Assembly (NCBI GenBank): GCA_010093815.1
Contig: ML996598.1
Direction: 5' to 3' (one strand)
DNA length: 35,747 nt
DNA from: Pseudovirgaria hyperparasitica
Taxonomy: Eukaryota
Positions 12,596 through 24,203 of the stretch are shown piece after piece. Positions within the stretch are counted from its first letter, which is position 1. Each line of letters opens with the position of its first letter. The translations under genes were made by a program, and so were the position numbers. The notes under the pieces were generated by a model. That model searched no databases. It had not been told where the DNA came from and saw only the letters and a list, made by a program, of their open reading frames with translations.

Positions 12596-13280
12596 ATACC
12601 TAGAGTTATAAAATTAGTTAAGTCTTCTAAATCTAATCCGGCGAAATAGAGAGTTACTTCATCTATTTTAATTAATTATAAGGGTAACGAGATACCTTTC
12701 CCTTACTTATTCTATAAGAAATATAGTTTAACTTATAGAATGGTATTTATAAAGTCCGATAAGTGTTTAGAGTACGTTTATTAGAGTTACTTAGTAAGTA
12801 AGTATAGAATTAAGGCTTTAAGTAAATTATCTTATAAGTTCTCTTTCCTTTTATTAGGGCTAGTAAGTAATATTTCTAGATAAGAAGGTTTATTCTAAAA
12901 AGACTTATCTTAAGTTAGAGAAAGAACGTATAGCCGCTACTTAGCGAAAAGCTTAGTAGGACGCTTAGACCGCCTTTACACGTCTAGAGCGCTTAGAGAA
13001 ATAGTAGAAGCTATTAGAGCGTTGTTAAAATAATATACTTTATTAGAATCTATTAGTAATAGACCTTAAGAAGGAGAAGGAGCGACTTAAATATCAATAG
13101 AGAGTTACTATTAAGGAGGCTCTAAATCCTTCCTTAGGTTTTAATAATTCTTAGCTTAGTATAGAGAACTAGGCGAATCTAGGTTTATTTAATAGAACTT
13201 CTATAATAGTTACTAGTAGTTCGTTAAATATTCTCTAGGTTTCTAAGTATTTAATTTATATCTATAGCCCTTCCACTTAA
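12596..13280 (+). pseudogene. Antisense accessory gene of element B: Zn2Cys6-like cluster plus coiled coil; 3' end uncertain, probably overlapping the pol chromodomain
   Basis: ATA CCT AGA (de-RIP MPR) at 12596 is in frame with de-RIP PCSFCEKHGLTCRM...SDKCSECVR.G....C (12701-12806). An intron-like segment follows (about 12822-12879), then LKLEKER...ARLERLEK..KLLER. Confidence 0.68.
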
Positions 13281-16200
13281 TTAGGTATTCTAGTATTTTA
13301 TTACTAATTCTAGATTCTAGAATCCTTTTAACTTTGAATTCCTCGTCTATAGCTTTAATATTAGTTTTAATTTTTATATTACGTGGTGCTGGTTCTAGTA
13401 ATAAGATATAAAATACTAGGTGTATCCTTATATTCTAAGGTAAAGATAGTTTATAATTAACTTCTAAAATTTTTCATTTTATTCGGAAAGGTCTAATCTT
13501 TTTAAAGTCTAGTTTACTATTTAGTTATTATATCTTAATATTTTTCTATATAAGGAATACTAGGTCTCCCTCCCTTAGGGATAGTCCCTTTATTCTCTTT
13601 TAATTTATATATTTTATTATTCTTTTATTTATAAAAGAAAGTTTAGTCTATAGCTCCGAGTATAGTTTATATAGCCATTCTATCTTAATCTTTACTTTTA
13701 GTATAGACTATTCTAGTTTATAATTATAGCTAGCTATAGGGTTAAATCCGTAGTTTACATAGAATAGTAAAGTTTTAGTTATTAAGGTTATCGCGCTATT
13801 ATAGGCGAATTAAGCTAGTGGTAGTAGTTCTATCTAATTATCTTATTATTTATTAATATAGTATCGGAGGTATTATTCTAGTATTCTATTTAGAATCTCT
13901 ATTTATCTATCTATCTATAGATAGTAGACTATTAATAGTTAGTAGTTCGTTCTAAGCTATTATACTAGGCTTTTCTAAAAGTTTAATATAAAGAGCTTAT
14001 CTCTATTAGATATAATACTATTAGGTAAACTATAGTTTACTATAACTACTTATAGAAATATATAGGCTATTTCTTCTATATCTATATCCTTTTAATAGAG
14101 TATAAAGTAGGCGTACTTTATAAGTTTATTAACTACTACTAGTATAGCGTTATACTATACTTATAAAACTAGTTCTCTTAAGAGTAGTAGATCTATTATA
14201 AAGTCTATAGAGATTATTTTCTAAGTATATAATAGTAGAGAAATCGGTTAAAGTTCTCTATATAGTTTATATCTATTAGATTGGCTTTTACTATATAGAA
14301 TATAGTTCTATATAACTTCCTTAATAACTTATCTTTCCTTATAAGTTATATAGTATCTCTTAAATCTTTTATAAGTTTTTATTTCTTCTTAATATATATA
14401 TATTAGATCTTCGTGGAATTTTTTAATAAAATAGTAGGCCTTATCCCTTAGAATTATACTCCTTCCCTTAGGGTCCTTAAGTATAAATTCTTTCTATATT
14501 ACTATAATATATTATATTAGTTTAAGGTTTCCTTCTTTAGTAATTTCTAATATAGTCTATTCTATAGTAGGTTCTTTTCGCTTATATTCTACTTATTAGC
14601 TAAGGGTATTAGCTCTTCCGTTTTCGGATCCTTTATAGTATATAATTTAGATATTAAACTCTATAAGAAGCTTATACTAACCGATTTATTTCTTTCGGAG
14701 TTCCTTTATTATAGTAAAGGTAGTTAGGTTTTTATAGTTAGTATATACTTTTACTATATAGCCTAATCTATAGAGATAGCTTCTCTATTTCTTAAGATAC
14801 TTAATTATAGTATAGAGTTCTTTTTTATAGATTAGCTAATTTATTTCTAATCCTCGGAATTTTCGGGAGTAAAATACTATAGAATATCTTTTCTCTTATT
14901 TGTCTATCTAGGTTAACTACCCTCTAATAGTAAATTCTAATATATCTATCTTAACTTTATAGGGTTTTTCTATTTAATATATCTTTAATATAGGTTTAGT
15001 TATAATAGACTCTTTTAATTATTAAAATGCTTATTCTTACTTTAGTCTCTATTTAAATATTATATTTTTCTTTATAAGCTTATATAGTAGGGCCGTTTTT
15101 ATAGAATAGTTATATATAAATTTTCTATAAAAGTTTATAAATCTAGTAAATCCTTAGATTTCCTTAACTATCTTAGGTTATTTCTAGTTTTTAATAGTCT
15201 TAATCTTCTTTAGGTCTATTTGTATTTCTCTAGGTATAATTTTAAATTCTAAAAATATAACTTTCTATATATAGAAGATACTCTTCTTTAATTCTACTAG
15301 TAGATTTACTATTTATAATTTCTAAAATACCTTATATACGTGTTCTCTATACTCTAATAGGTTTCTTAAATAAATTAATATATTATCTAGGTATACTATT
15401 ATAAAGTAGTCGAGGTATTCCCTTAGTACGTCGTTAATTAGTACTTAGAATATAGCTAGTATATTAGTTAGCCTAAATAGTATTACTAGATATTTATAGT
15501 AGCCGTATTAAGTCCGAAAAGCTATTTTCTATTTATCTTCTTCTACTATATATATAAGGTTATAGACTCTTTATAAGTCTATTATAGTAAAGTACTAAGC
15601 TTCTATAAGTTAGTTCTATAATTTATTAATTTAGGGTAGAGGGTATCTATTTTTAATAGTAATATCATTTAAGTATTAATAGCCTATATAGAGTTATTCG
15701 CTTCTATCTTTCTTTAGTATAAAGAGTATTAGATATTCTATAGGTAATTTAGAGGGTCGGATATATCTCTTTACTTCTATTTTCTTAATATATTATTACG
15801 TTATCTCTAGTTATTTTTTAGTAAGTTAGTATATACTTTTAAACGTGGGTGCTATTCCTAGTTAGAATATTATTATATAATTATATAGGCCACGCTTTAG
15901 TAGTCCCGTCTTAAGTTCTTCTTTAAAGATAATATAGTATTAGTAGTATTTCTTCGGTACGAGTATATCATTTATTTTTTAAATCTATTTATCTATAGGC
16001 GTGCTTTATTATACTATATATTTCTTAGGTAAGGGTCCGCTCTTTATATTACCTTACTTATTATTAAGCTTCTAAATATAGTAGATAGACTTTCTAGTTA
16101 TTAGCGCCTTTATAGATTTATTAATCTCTACTTCTTCTTTAATAGTTTCTAAGGGTCTTAATATTTCCTAGGGTATAATTTCCTTAGTTTTCTAGTTAAT

Positions 16201-16525
16201 TATAGGGTTAACTTCTTTAAGCTATAGTATTCCTAGAGAGATTGATAGAATTCTTTAAAAAACTTCTCACACCCTAACGGACTAAACTAGTCAATTCGGG
16301 GTAAAACAGCGATTTACATATATTAAACGATAGAGCATACCGAGTACAATAACCTCCGACATACGTACGTACGTATAGCGTATAATACGCGATGATACTA
16401 ACATATAGAGATACTATATATATACGCTCGAAGACTCTTCGATAACACGAGCATAGACTATATCTAATAAACGCCGACACGCTAACCCCCTTTTATTAGT
16501 TAAGGGCTACCCTTAACTAATAATT

Positions 16526-18010
16526 ATAGCGGCCTTAGGCACCGACGTACCTCGGCTTCCACCGGGTATACCCCTAATACTAGTATAGTAGAAACGGCTA
16601 TATAGCGGTATATCCTAGGACGATTAAACCCCTGTCTAATAAACGACGAATAACTAAGGGTATATAACGCCATAGATAATAGAGACGGAGGGGACCCCGC
16701 CCGGGGAGACCCTCCTAGATAAGATTAACTACTAGGTAGTATGTATAGAGGGGGAAGTTAAGAAGGGAGAAACGGCCCTCCTTAGTATCTTCCGGAACCT
16801 CGTCCGGAATATTAGGGAGCTTACTATAGAAGTAAAATAGGCGCCGGAACTAGACCCGGAATCTAGACTAGATTACATAGAGGCTAGTCTATAGAGGATC
16901 TAGGAGGGCCTTACCTAGGGAAAACGCCCTAGCACGTGGGTATAGGTCGCCGTACCTATAAGCGGAATAGCCATGTTAGCTAAAACACCAAGGGCACCTA
17001 TAGACGGGGTATATAGTATATAAGTTACTATCTAGGATAAAGAAGTACTTATATAAGTCTAGTAAGCGTCCCTAAAGGATATTATAAATAAGATTAACGA
17101 ATAGAAAGGGATATAGTTAAATATAGTGGCCGCTAAACTTACCCTAGGAGGTATAGTACTAACTACTACTACTAACACGGCCTAGTAGACTATCTCGCGC
17201 GACCCGAACGCAATTAATAATATCTTCCCTAGCGCGTCCGTCCGCGTAACCACGTACCTAATATAGATATATACTATCTCCGTCTAAGGACACGTTATTA
17301 GAGAAGACGATATTAAGTAAATAGAGTAATCTAATAAACCGAAGTACCCCGGGATTAAGATCGCGAAGGCGTAGTAGAAGAACATCTAGGGGATTAAGAT
17401 AAAATCGAAAAAGTACTCTACTATAATAGTAGAGCTTAGGGACCCCGCTCTCGCCTATAGAATAATATAGGAGGGCTTTCTAGCCGAAGGAGAGCTACTC
17501 ACGGCGGAACTATGGGATAGAGCATAGATAATAACGTAATACTTTAACTATTAAGGATATAGGTACACTAGGTAGAGATGCTCTTAGAAGACCGCCTATA
17601 GATAGTATAAATAGGGCCATAATACTAAGGAATACCCTTATAAGACGTAGAGTAACGAGACGCGAGATAGGGATACTACTAAGTACTCTAACTACAACGG
17701 GAAACACCTATCCTAGTTGGTAACGTATACGAAACGTAAGTAGGTCGTAGAATATATTAACGCGATGAAGACAAGAGGAGCGAGGTAGATATACTAAGCT
17801 ATAAGGCCCTCACTGCCCTCGCCGCTATCTCTAACTTTACTTATAAATCCGGTAACTACCCCCTGAAGGGGAGAGGATAACGTGTAATAGCATACTATAT
17901 AGAGAAAGATAGGCCGACCCCGGGGTATACTTAAAGCCACTACCGCGCGAGGATAATCACGCCTTAGCGCCACTAATATATAGACTCGAACTTTCTCTAG
18001 CACCTAATAA
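16526..18010 (+). pseudogene. LINE ORF1 (gag-like, three zinc knuckles)
   Basis: The ATA start corresponds to ATG in the second LINE; 495-codon frame. De-RIP QCFNCQGYGH...C, C..C.QGH....C and CSNCNGKH at 17538-17730. Confidence 0.88.
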
Positions 18011-21000
18011 GGGTATAAGATACACTTATTATTATATAGGCGAACGTATAATATAAATAAGAAAACCAAGCAACGCTTCTAGAAGAGATAGGAGCTATAA
18101 TAATAGCTATCTAGGAACTATATAAACACTACTAAACTAATAAGCCAATAACATACCTAGGATACTATACTATCTACCCCACGGGCCCGGATAGAAGAGT
18201 TATATTTTATATATATAAGTCGATCCCGCTCTTAGAATGGTCTTATACCGAACGTAATAACCTCCGGATAATACTATATCTCTAGATAAGTATAGAGCCT
18301 CTCTATATCTATAACATCTATAATTAATAGTAATTGCTTACGCTAGATGATATACTCGAGGGCACCACGACGCCGGGATAATATATCCTTCTAGGCGACT
18401 TTAATCTCTACCATAGGTAGTAGAGAGGCCTAGCCATCGCGAGAGAAGAACTTAGAGTAAGGGAACTATATACACGGTACTACGACTTCCTATACCTTCT
18501 TATACCTGTAGGGTAGATTACCTAGAGGAAATATAAATAGGACGAGAACGGGTCTACGCTCAACCTTACCCTCGCCACTAAGTATATTAGCCATAGAGTA
18601 TAGTACTACCGCCCGAGCCGGATATAGACGGACTCCGACCATAAATATATAGAAACCGTAATAGACGTCTCTACTCTTAACGAATAACGTAGAAAATAGC
18701 TATAGAAGGATACTAATTAGGATAAATACCTAGAGGACCTGGAATCGGTAATTCTAGACCCCTCTATAGTCGACGTATCCAACGGCCTAGCCATAGATAA
18801 GGCCGTGTAAGTCCTCCTTTAAGTATACTAAGCTATAAGAGATAAACACGTGCTATACCGAACGTATAGACCCCTAGAAGCGAGGGGTATACCTTAAATG
18901 CGAGAGTATAGAAGAGACGCCCGTAGACTATATATATATATATACTATATCTAGACGACCGAGGCGTGGGAAGAGTAGAAGGAAGTAGTACGATATCGTG
19001 ATAGGGCTCTCCGTAATAAACGACGAAAATAATAGTATATAATTACCAATAAACACACACGGTAAGCCGTAGGGCTATAGCGTATGGTAAAGTGGGCTAA
19101 GGGTATAGACGCGCCGATACCGCCGCCACTAATGCCTCCCCTAATATACTAAGAAAGGATATACTCTATAAGCCCGGAGAAGACGGAGATCTTATATAAA
19201 GTTATGTTCCCCCTCCTAGAGCTAGTAGACCTATTAGATATTAATAATACTAAATACCTAGACATAATTAATATCCCCTAAGAGGTTACCGAGGAGGATA
19301 TACTTAATACTATTAAAGTACTCCCGAATAATAAGGTACCTAGACCGGATAGGATACCGAATAGGTACCTTAAACGCACTATACTAGCTACCCTACCGCT
19401 TATTAGTTATATATTTCAAGCATGTATTAAGAATGGATACCACCCCTAAAGCTTCTAGGCCGCCTATACTATTATACTCCCGAAACTAGGGAAGAACCCT
19501 AGCTCCCCGAAAGGATGGAGGCTAATTACCCTTCTCTTCTATCTTAGAAAGATACTAGAGACTATAATCGCGAAGAAGATAAGCGCCGTAGCATAGGAAT
19601 ATAATCTCCTTCTAGTAAACTAGAAGGCGAAGGCTAGAAGCTCCCTAATTACTACTATCTAATATATTCTCGAAGTCGTCTAGACCGTATAGAAGTAGAG
19701 ACGTATAGTAATGCTACTCTCCCTCGATATGGCCGGCGTATTCAATAAAGTAAACCATACGAGACTTATCTATAACTTACGGAAGAGGCGTATACCCGCG
19801 TGGATTACGCGGTTTATATAGTCCTTCCTTGCCGAAAGAGTTACCTAGATATATATCTCCGGATATCGAAGTAAGTATAAGAAGACGGCTTGCGGCATTC
19901 TATAAGGAAGTACTATCTCCCCGATCCTCTTCCTCTTCTTTACTATAGACCTCCTCTAGGGAATATAATATATAGAGATAGTAGGATACGTAGATGATAT
20001 ATACCTTCTAGCTATTAATAATAATACTAGCTAAATATATAGACGACTCGAATAAGACCACGGGAGATACGTCTAATAGGTAAAGCGCCATAGAGTAAAG
20101 TTCGCCCCCGAAAAGTACTAACTCATATACTTTATTAACCGCCGTAGGAAATGGGCTACTAGGGAAGGCGAGCGACGCCCTAGAATAGACGCCTTCGACA
20201 AACCGCCGACATAAAGTATATACGCACTTAGTGTCATGATCGATAATAAGCTTAAATAGAGACTATAGGTAGTATACGCCGTTTCTAGGGCCCTCTAGAT
20301 AGAAGCTGCTATATGACGGATTATAGCCTCTATATAGAGAACCGCCCGGGATAAGGCACGCCAGCTATATATATCTATAGTACGACCCGCCTTCACGTAC
20401 GGACACGAGTACTAGTATATAGCCCTTATATAGACTAGGTAAATAAAGCTTAAATCCATATAGAACCGTATACTCCGTCTTATATTAGGCGTATATAAAG
20501 CTACTAATATAGTACTACTACGACGCGAGATAGACGTTATAAGTATATATAACTTCTACTAGATATAGAGGGTAGTATACTTTACTAAATAATAAGTATA
20601 GGAACGTATAGAAAATGTAGAATATACCTTCGCCGCGCTACGCGCGCGAGTTAGTATATACTACTAAGTACTCTTATATATAGGCCGGACTCGACTATAG
20701 TATAAGTACCCGATAGAAATAGACTCGAACTAAATAGTATAAGAGATTAAGGATAACCTAGATACCCTTCTAGACTAATAGAGCCTTTAAGAGCTCGGAC
20801 GAAGTATACGGTCGTGGATCTAAGATAAGTAGAAAGAGACACTCTAGGCCTAGTAGGCCTCCTAGTAGAATAGGTACCTAGAGTAGATCTAAGGACCATA
20901 GAAGGAGCCGAGTAAATAGATATATAAAGGGCTTATAAAGGCCTAGGCATCTATACTTCTCTAAGCCCGAACGGGCGCTATAGAACTCCTATACTACCTC

Positions 21001-21297
21001 TATAAGAGAGGCGTCTCTAATATGTCTCTATAGTATAAGGCGTGCGGCCGGAGAGGTATAATACGCTACTATCTCGTAATATACCCCGATCTTTACACGT
21101 AAAGGTAGAAGCTTATCCATATAATAAGAACCTCCGATATTATACGATGGCTTAATAAGTACCCTAAGGAAGTCGCCCGGTGGATGATTATACACCTACT
21201 ACTCCTCTAATTCTAGTGGACCCGGAAATATATACTAGAAGGAACCCGGTATATATTAGAGGAAACCCGGTATATGCCGGAAGAACCCCTTAACTAA
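18007..21297 (+). pseudogene. LINE ORF2 (APE endonuclease, RT, C-terminal Cys/His; no RNase H seen)
   Basis: 1097-codon frame. AIQEP near 18106, LLGDFNL near 18388, SDH near 18634, GWRPI..L..LGK near 19513, LDMAGAFD near 19723, GIPQGS near 19894, YVDD 19987-19998. Confidence 0.93.
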
Positions 21298-24203
21298 TAA
21301 CCTCCGTACCTATACGTGCTACCTAAGGGTAAAATAACGGTAATATAGGCTATAGGCTAATAGGTGTACCCTATGGCTATATACTTAAGAAGAAATAAAG
21401 GTTTAACGAGATGTAATTATCGACATAAGGAAGTTTTCCCCTCTTAGGTTTCTTCTTATATAGTAGCTTAGACTAGAGGAGGCATAGGCCTATAGAGTAC
21501 TACTCTACCTAGTTATACAATATTATTATTATTATTATAGTATTCCTAGGATTAAGTTATATTATCCTAGCTCCGCTATATCTAGTTATAACTATTAGTA
21601 TTCTACTATTAAGACTAAATCTAGAGGTTCTATTTCTAAGTATACTATCCCGTTAGTATATTCTATATTAAGTCCTTTAAATATAGATAGTTTATATAGT
21701 TCTTCTTTACTATTATAGGGTATTTTTAGTTTATCTACTATAGTTAGAGAGATAAAATTAGACTATACTCCGCTATTAATTAGTACTTTAATAGAGTATT
21801 TTTAATAGAGCTAAATTTTAAGAGATATTTATATTTCGTCGTCTAAGCTACTAATAGATATAAGAGATTTTCTTTTTAGCTTAGCTATTTCTCTTAGGGT
21901 ATCCGGCCTTCCTAGTTCTTTTATAGCTTACTAAGTTCTTATTCCGTTTCTTATATAAGTTAGATTATAGATTAAACTTATTTCTTAATTTCGCCTAAGT
22001 CTACTTAAAGGTTATACTATATAATAGTCTTAGATATTAAATAAGTTCGGCATATAACGTCTAGGTATTAGATATATTAATTCTCTAGGTAAATCTTATT
22101 TTCTATCTATTTTAATATAAAGTAGTTTTTATTAGCTTCCTTAGTAATTATTTTATACTATTATATATCTTTATCTCTAAAGGCTTTTAGAATTACTTAA
22201 TTTTAATACTATTATAGAAACTATTTCTAGGTTCGCTTCTCGTAGAGATAGTAAAGATAGTTATTATAGATATAAGTAACCTAGGAAGTCTTACCGGATT
22301 CCTCGTGGTAGAGTAAAATAAGTTAGTTATCTTCTAATTAGATTTCTACGCTTCTCCTAGATAGGTCTCTATTATTCTTATCTATATACTTTCGATAGTA
22401 ATAGATAATATAGTAAGTAATAGGGTCTTATATTATTATTAACTTATTATATAGTTCTTCTATAGTAAGGGTTTCTTCCTTACTATCCTTCTCTATAGTA
22501 CTTTCTTTAATTATTACTTCTTTAGATACTATTTCTTTAGTTAGTTTAGGTCTTCTTATTACTTCTAAGTATTTCTATAGTTCTACTTTTTTATAAAGTA
22601 ATAGAGGTTATTTACTAGCTATTAAGACGTTTCTTTTCTTTAGATACTAATCTATACTATCTTTTTCTAACTTATATATAAAATAGAGGTTATTAGTATA
22701 ACTAGTCTATAATATAGCTATATAAGATACTTCTTCCTTTTCTATAGTAAAGTTCCCTTATCTTAGTACCGGGTCTTTAATCTAACTTTTCTTATTTTTA
22801 TTTTTCGGGTATTTGTATATATAGTATCCCTTTTTCTTATAGTAGAGATACTTACCTTCCTTCTTTAGTTACTTCTTTTCTTGATTAGATAGTTATTTTA
22901 TCTATAAGGTACTAAGTTCTATAGGTACGGGTCCGTTATAGAATCTCTTATATAAGTAGTTTAGAGCTTTATTAATATAGCTCTTTCTTATATCTCGTTT
23001 AAGTATAGATTAAAAGACCTTCTTCCCTCTTTTCTTATAGCGTCTCTTATATAGTTAGTTATTAATCTAGACTATAAGCTTAATATACTTCTAGAGGTTA
23101 GTAGAATAGTCTCTCTCTCTAGAGATTTTATTCTTAACGTCGTTATATAATCTAGTATAGAACTAGAGAATTAGGGGTTTATCGTTCTATTCTAGCTAAC
23201 TAGAGATTTATTAGAATTTAGAGGCGTAGTTAGACGCGGATTTTATCTAGACTATTTACTAGATCTATCTCTTAGCTATCTTTTATTTATCTATATCTCT
23301 AAAAGTTATCTTAATATATTCCTTGAATTCTTCGAAGTGTTTAAAGACCTTAGTAGTACTATTCTATTAATTCTATAGATTATTTTCTATAAAGTTTCTT
23401 AAGTAGAGCTTAAACCACGGAAGTATATCTCCCTTTAGTAGTCTAGCGACGAATATAACTTATTCTTCTAGGTTCTAAATTTAATAGGCCTAGAGGTATA
23501 TTCTAATCTATATTAGAAATCCTTAGAGTTCGCTTTGCTTACCTTTAAAAGATTCTAGGATTTTTCTTTTAAAGCTCTTTTTAGCTTTTCTAAGTTTAAT
23601 ATTTTCCCTTTAGAGCTTTATAACTTACTCCCCTAATTTAGTAATAAGGTATTTAACTTATTCTATAGTTAGTACTTATAGAGTAGTTCGTAAAGATAAG
23701 GATTATCTATCTTTTACTATTTTATATTTAAATAGATAGTATAAATACTTACTTTAGAGTCTAAGACAAGTAATTAAACTATAATAAACCTTCCTTAATA
23801 AGGGTATGGCTTATCCCTAAAGTAGTCCGTTCTATAGAGTATTCTAGCTTTTCTAAAGGTAAAGATACTTAGAAGACTCTAAGAGGTATAAGTAGGTTTA
23901 TAATAAGTATTAATAGAGTATAAATAGTAACTAGCTAGTAGGCGAGTAAAGTAGTAATTATATTAGTATAATAATAATATTAGTAAACTAGGTAGAGTAC
24001 CACTCTATAGGCGCATGCCTCCTCTAGTCTAAGCTACTATATAAGAAGAAACCTACGAATAGGAAAAACTCCCTTATATCCATGACTACGCTCTATCTAT
24101 CCTCTCGTTATTTATATATATATAGCCCTAGGGGCTACCTATGGGCCTATAGCCTATGTTATAATAGTTTATCCTTAGGTAGCACGTGTAGGTGCGGAGA
24201 TTA

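Larger units (their letters stand above)
16237..21535 (+). mobile_element. Full-length Tad1-like LINE, RIP-inactivated
   Basis: 14-bp TSD TATAGTATTCCTAG at 16223-16236 and 21536-21549. (TAT)n 3' tail. ORF1 and ORF2 motifs present. Confidence 0.95.
13150..23720 (-). pseudogene. gag-pol of element B, interrupted by the plus-strand LINE (16237-21549)
   Basis: gag CCHC knuckle at about 22810-22850. H/C motif SWTGC.DD.C..H at about 22675-22720. Protease ALIDSG at about 21768-21787. ILGIPWL is split at the LINE site. RT YLD[N/D] at about 15383-15394. Integrase core about 13700-14300. Chromodomain YLIKWKGY...WEP at about 13237-13290. Confidence 0.9.

Noticed and set aside
16274..18003. Three short minus-strand ORFs
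   Set aside because: Antisense to the LINE 5' UTR and ORF1, with no recognisable motifs.
21294..21340. Hammerhead ribozyme (CTAATAA as RIPed CUGAUGA)
   Set aside because: The motif is one arm of a palindrome, and I could not build convincing stems or a GAAA/cleavage site in both LINEs. A covariance search on a de-RIP consensus would settle it.
21519..21538. Independent (TAT)n microsatellite
   Set aside because: It is the LINE 3' tail adjoining the TSD.
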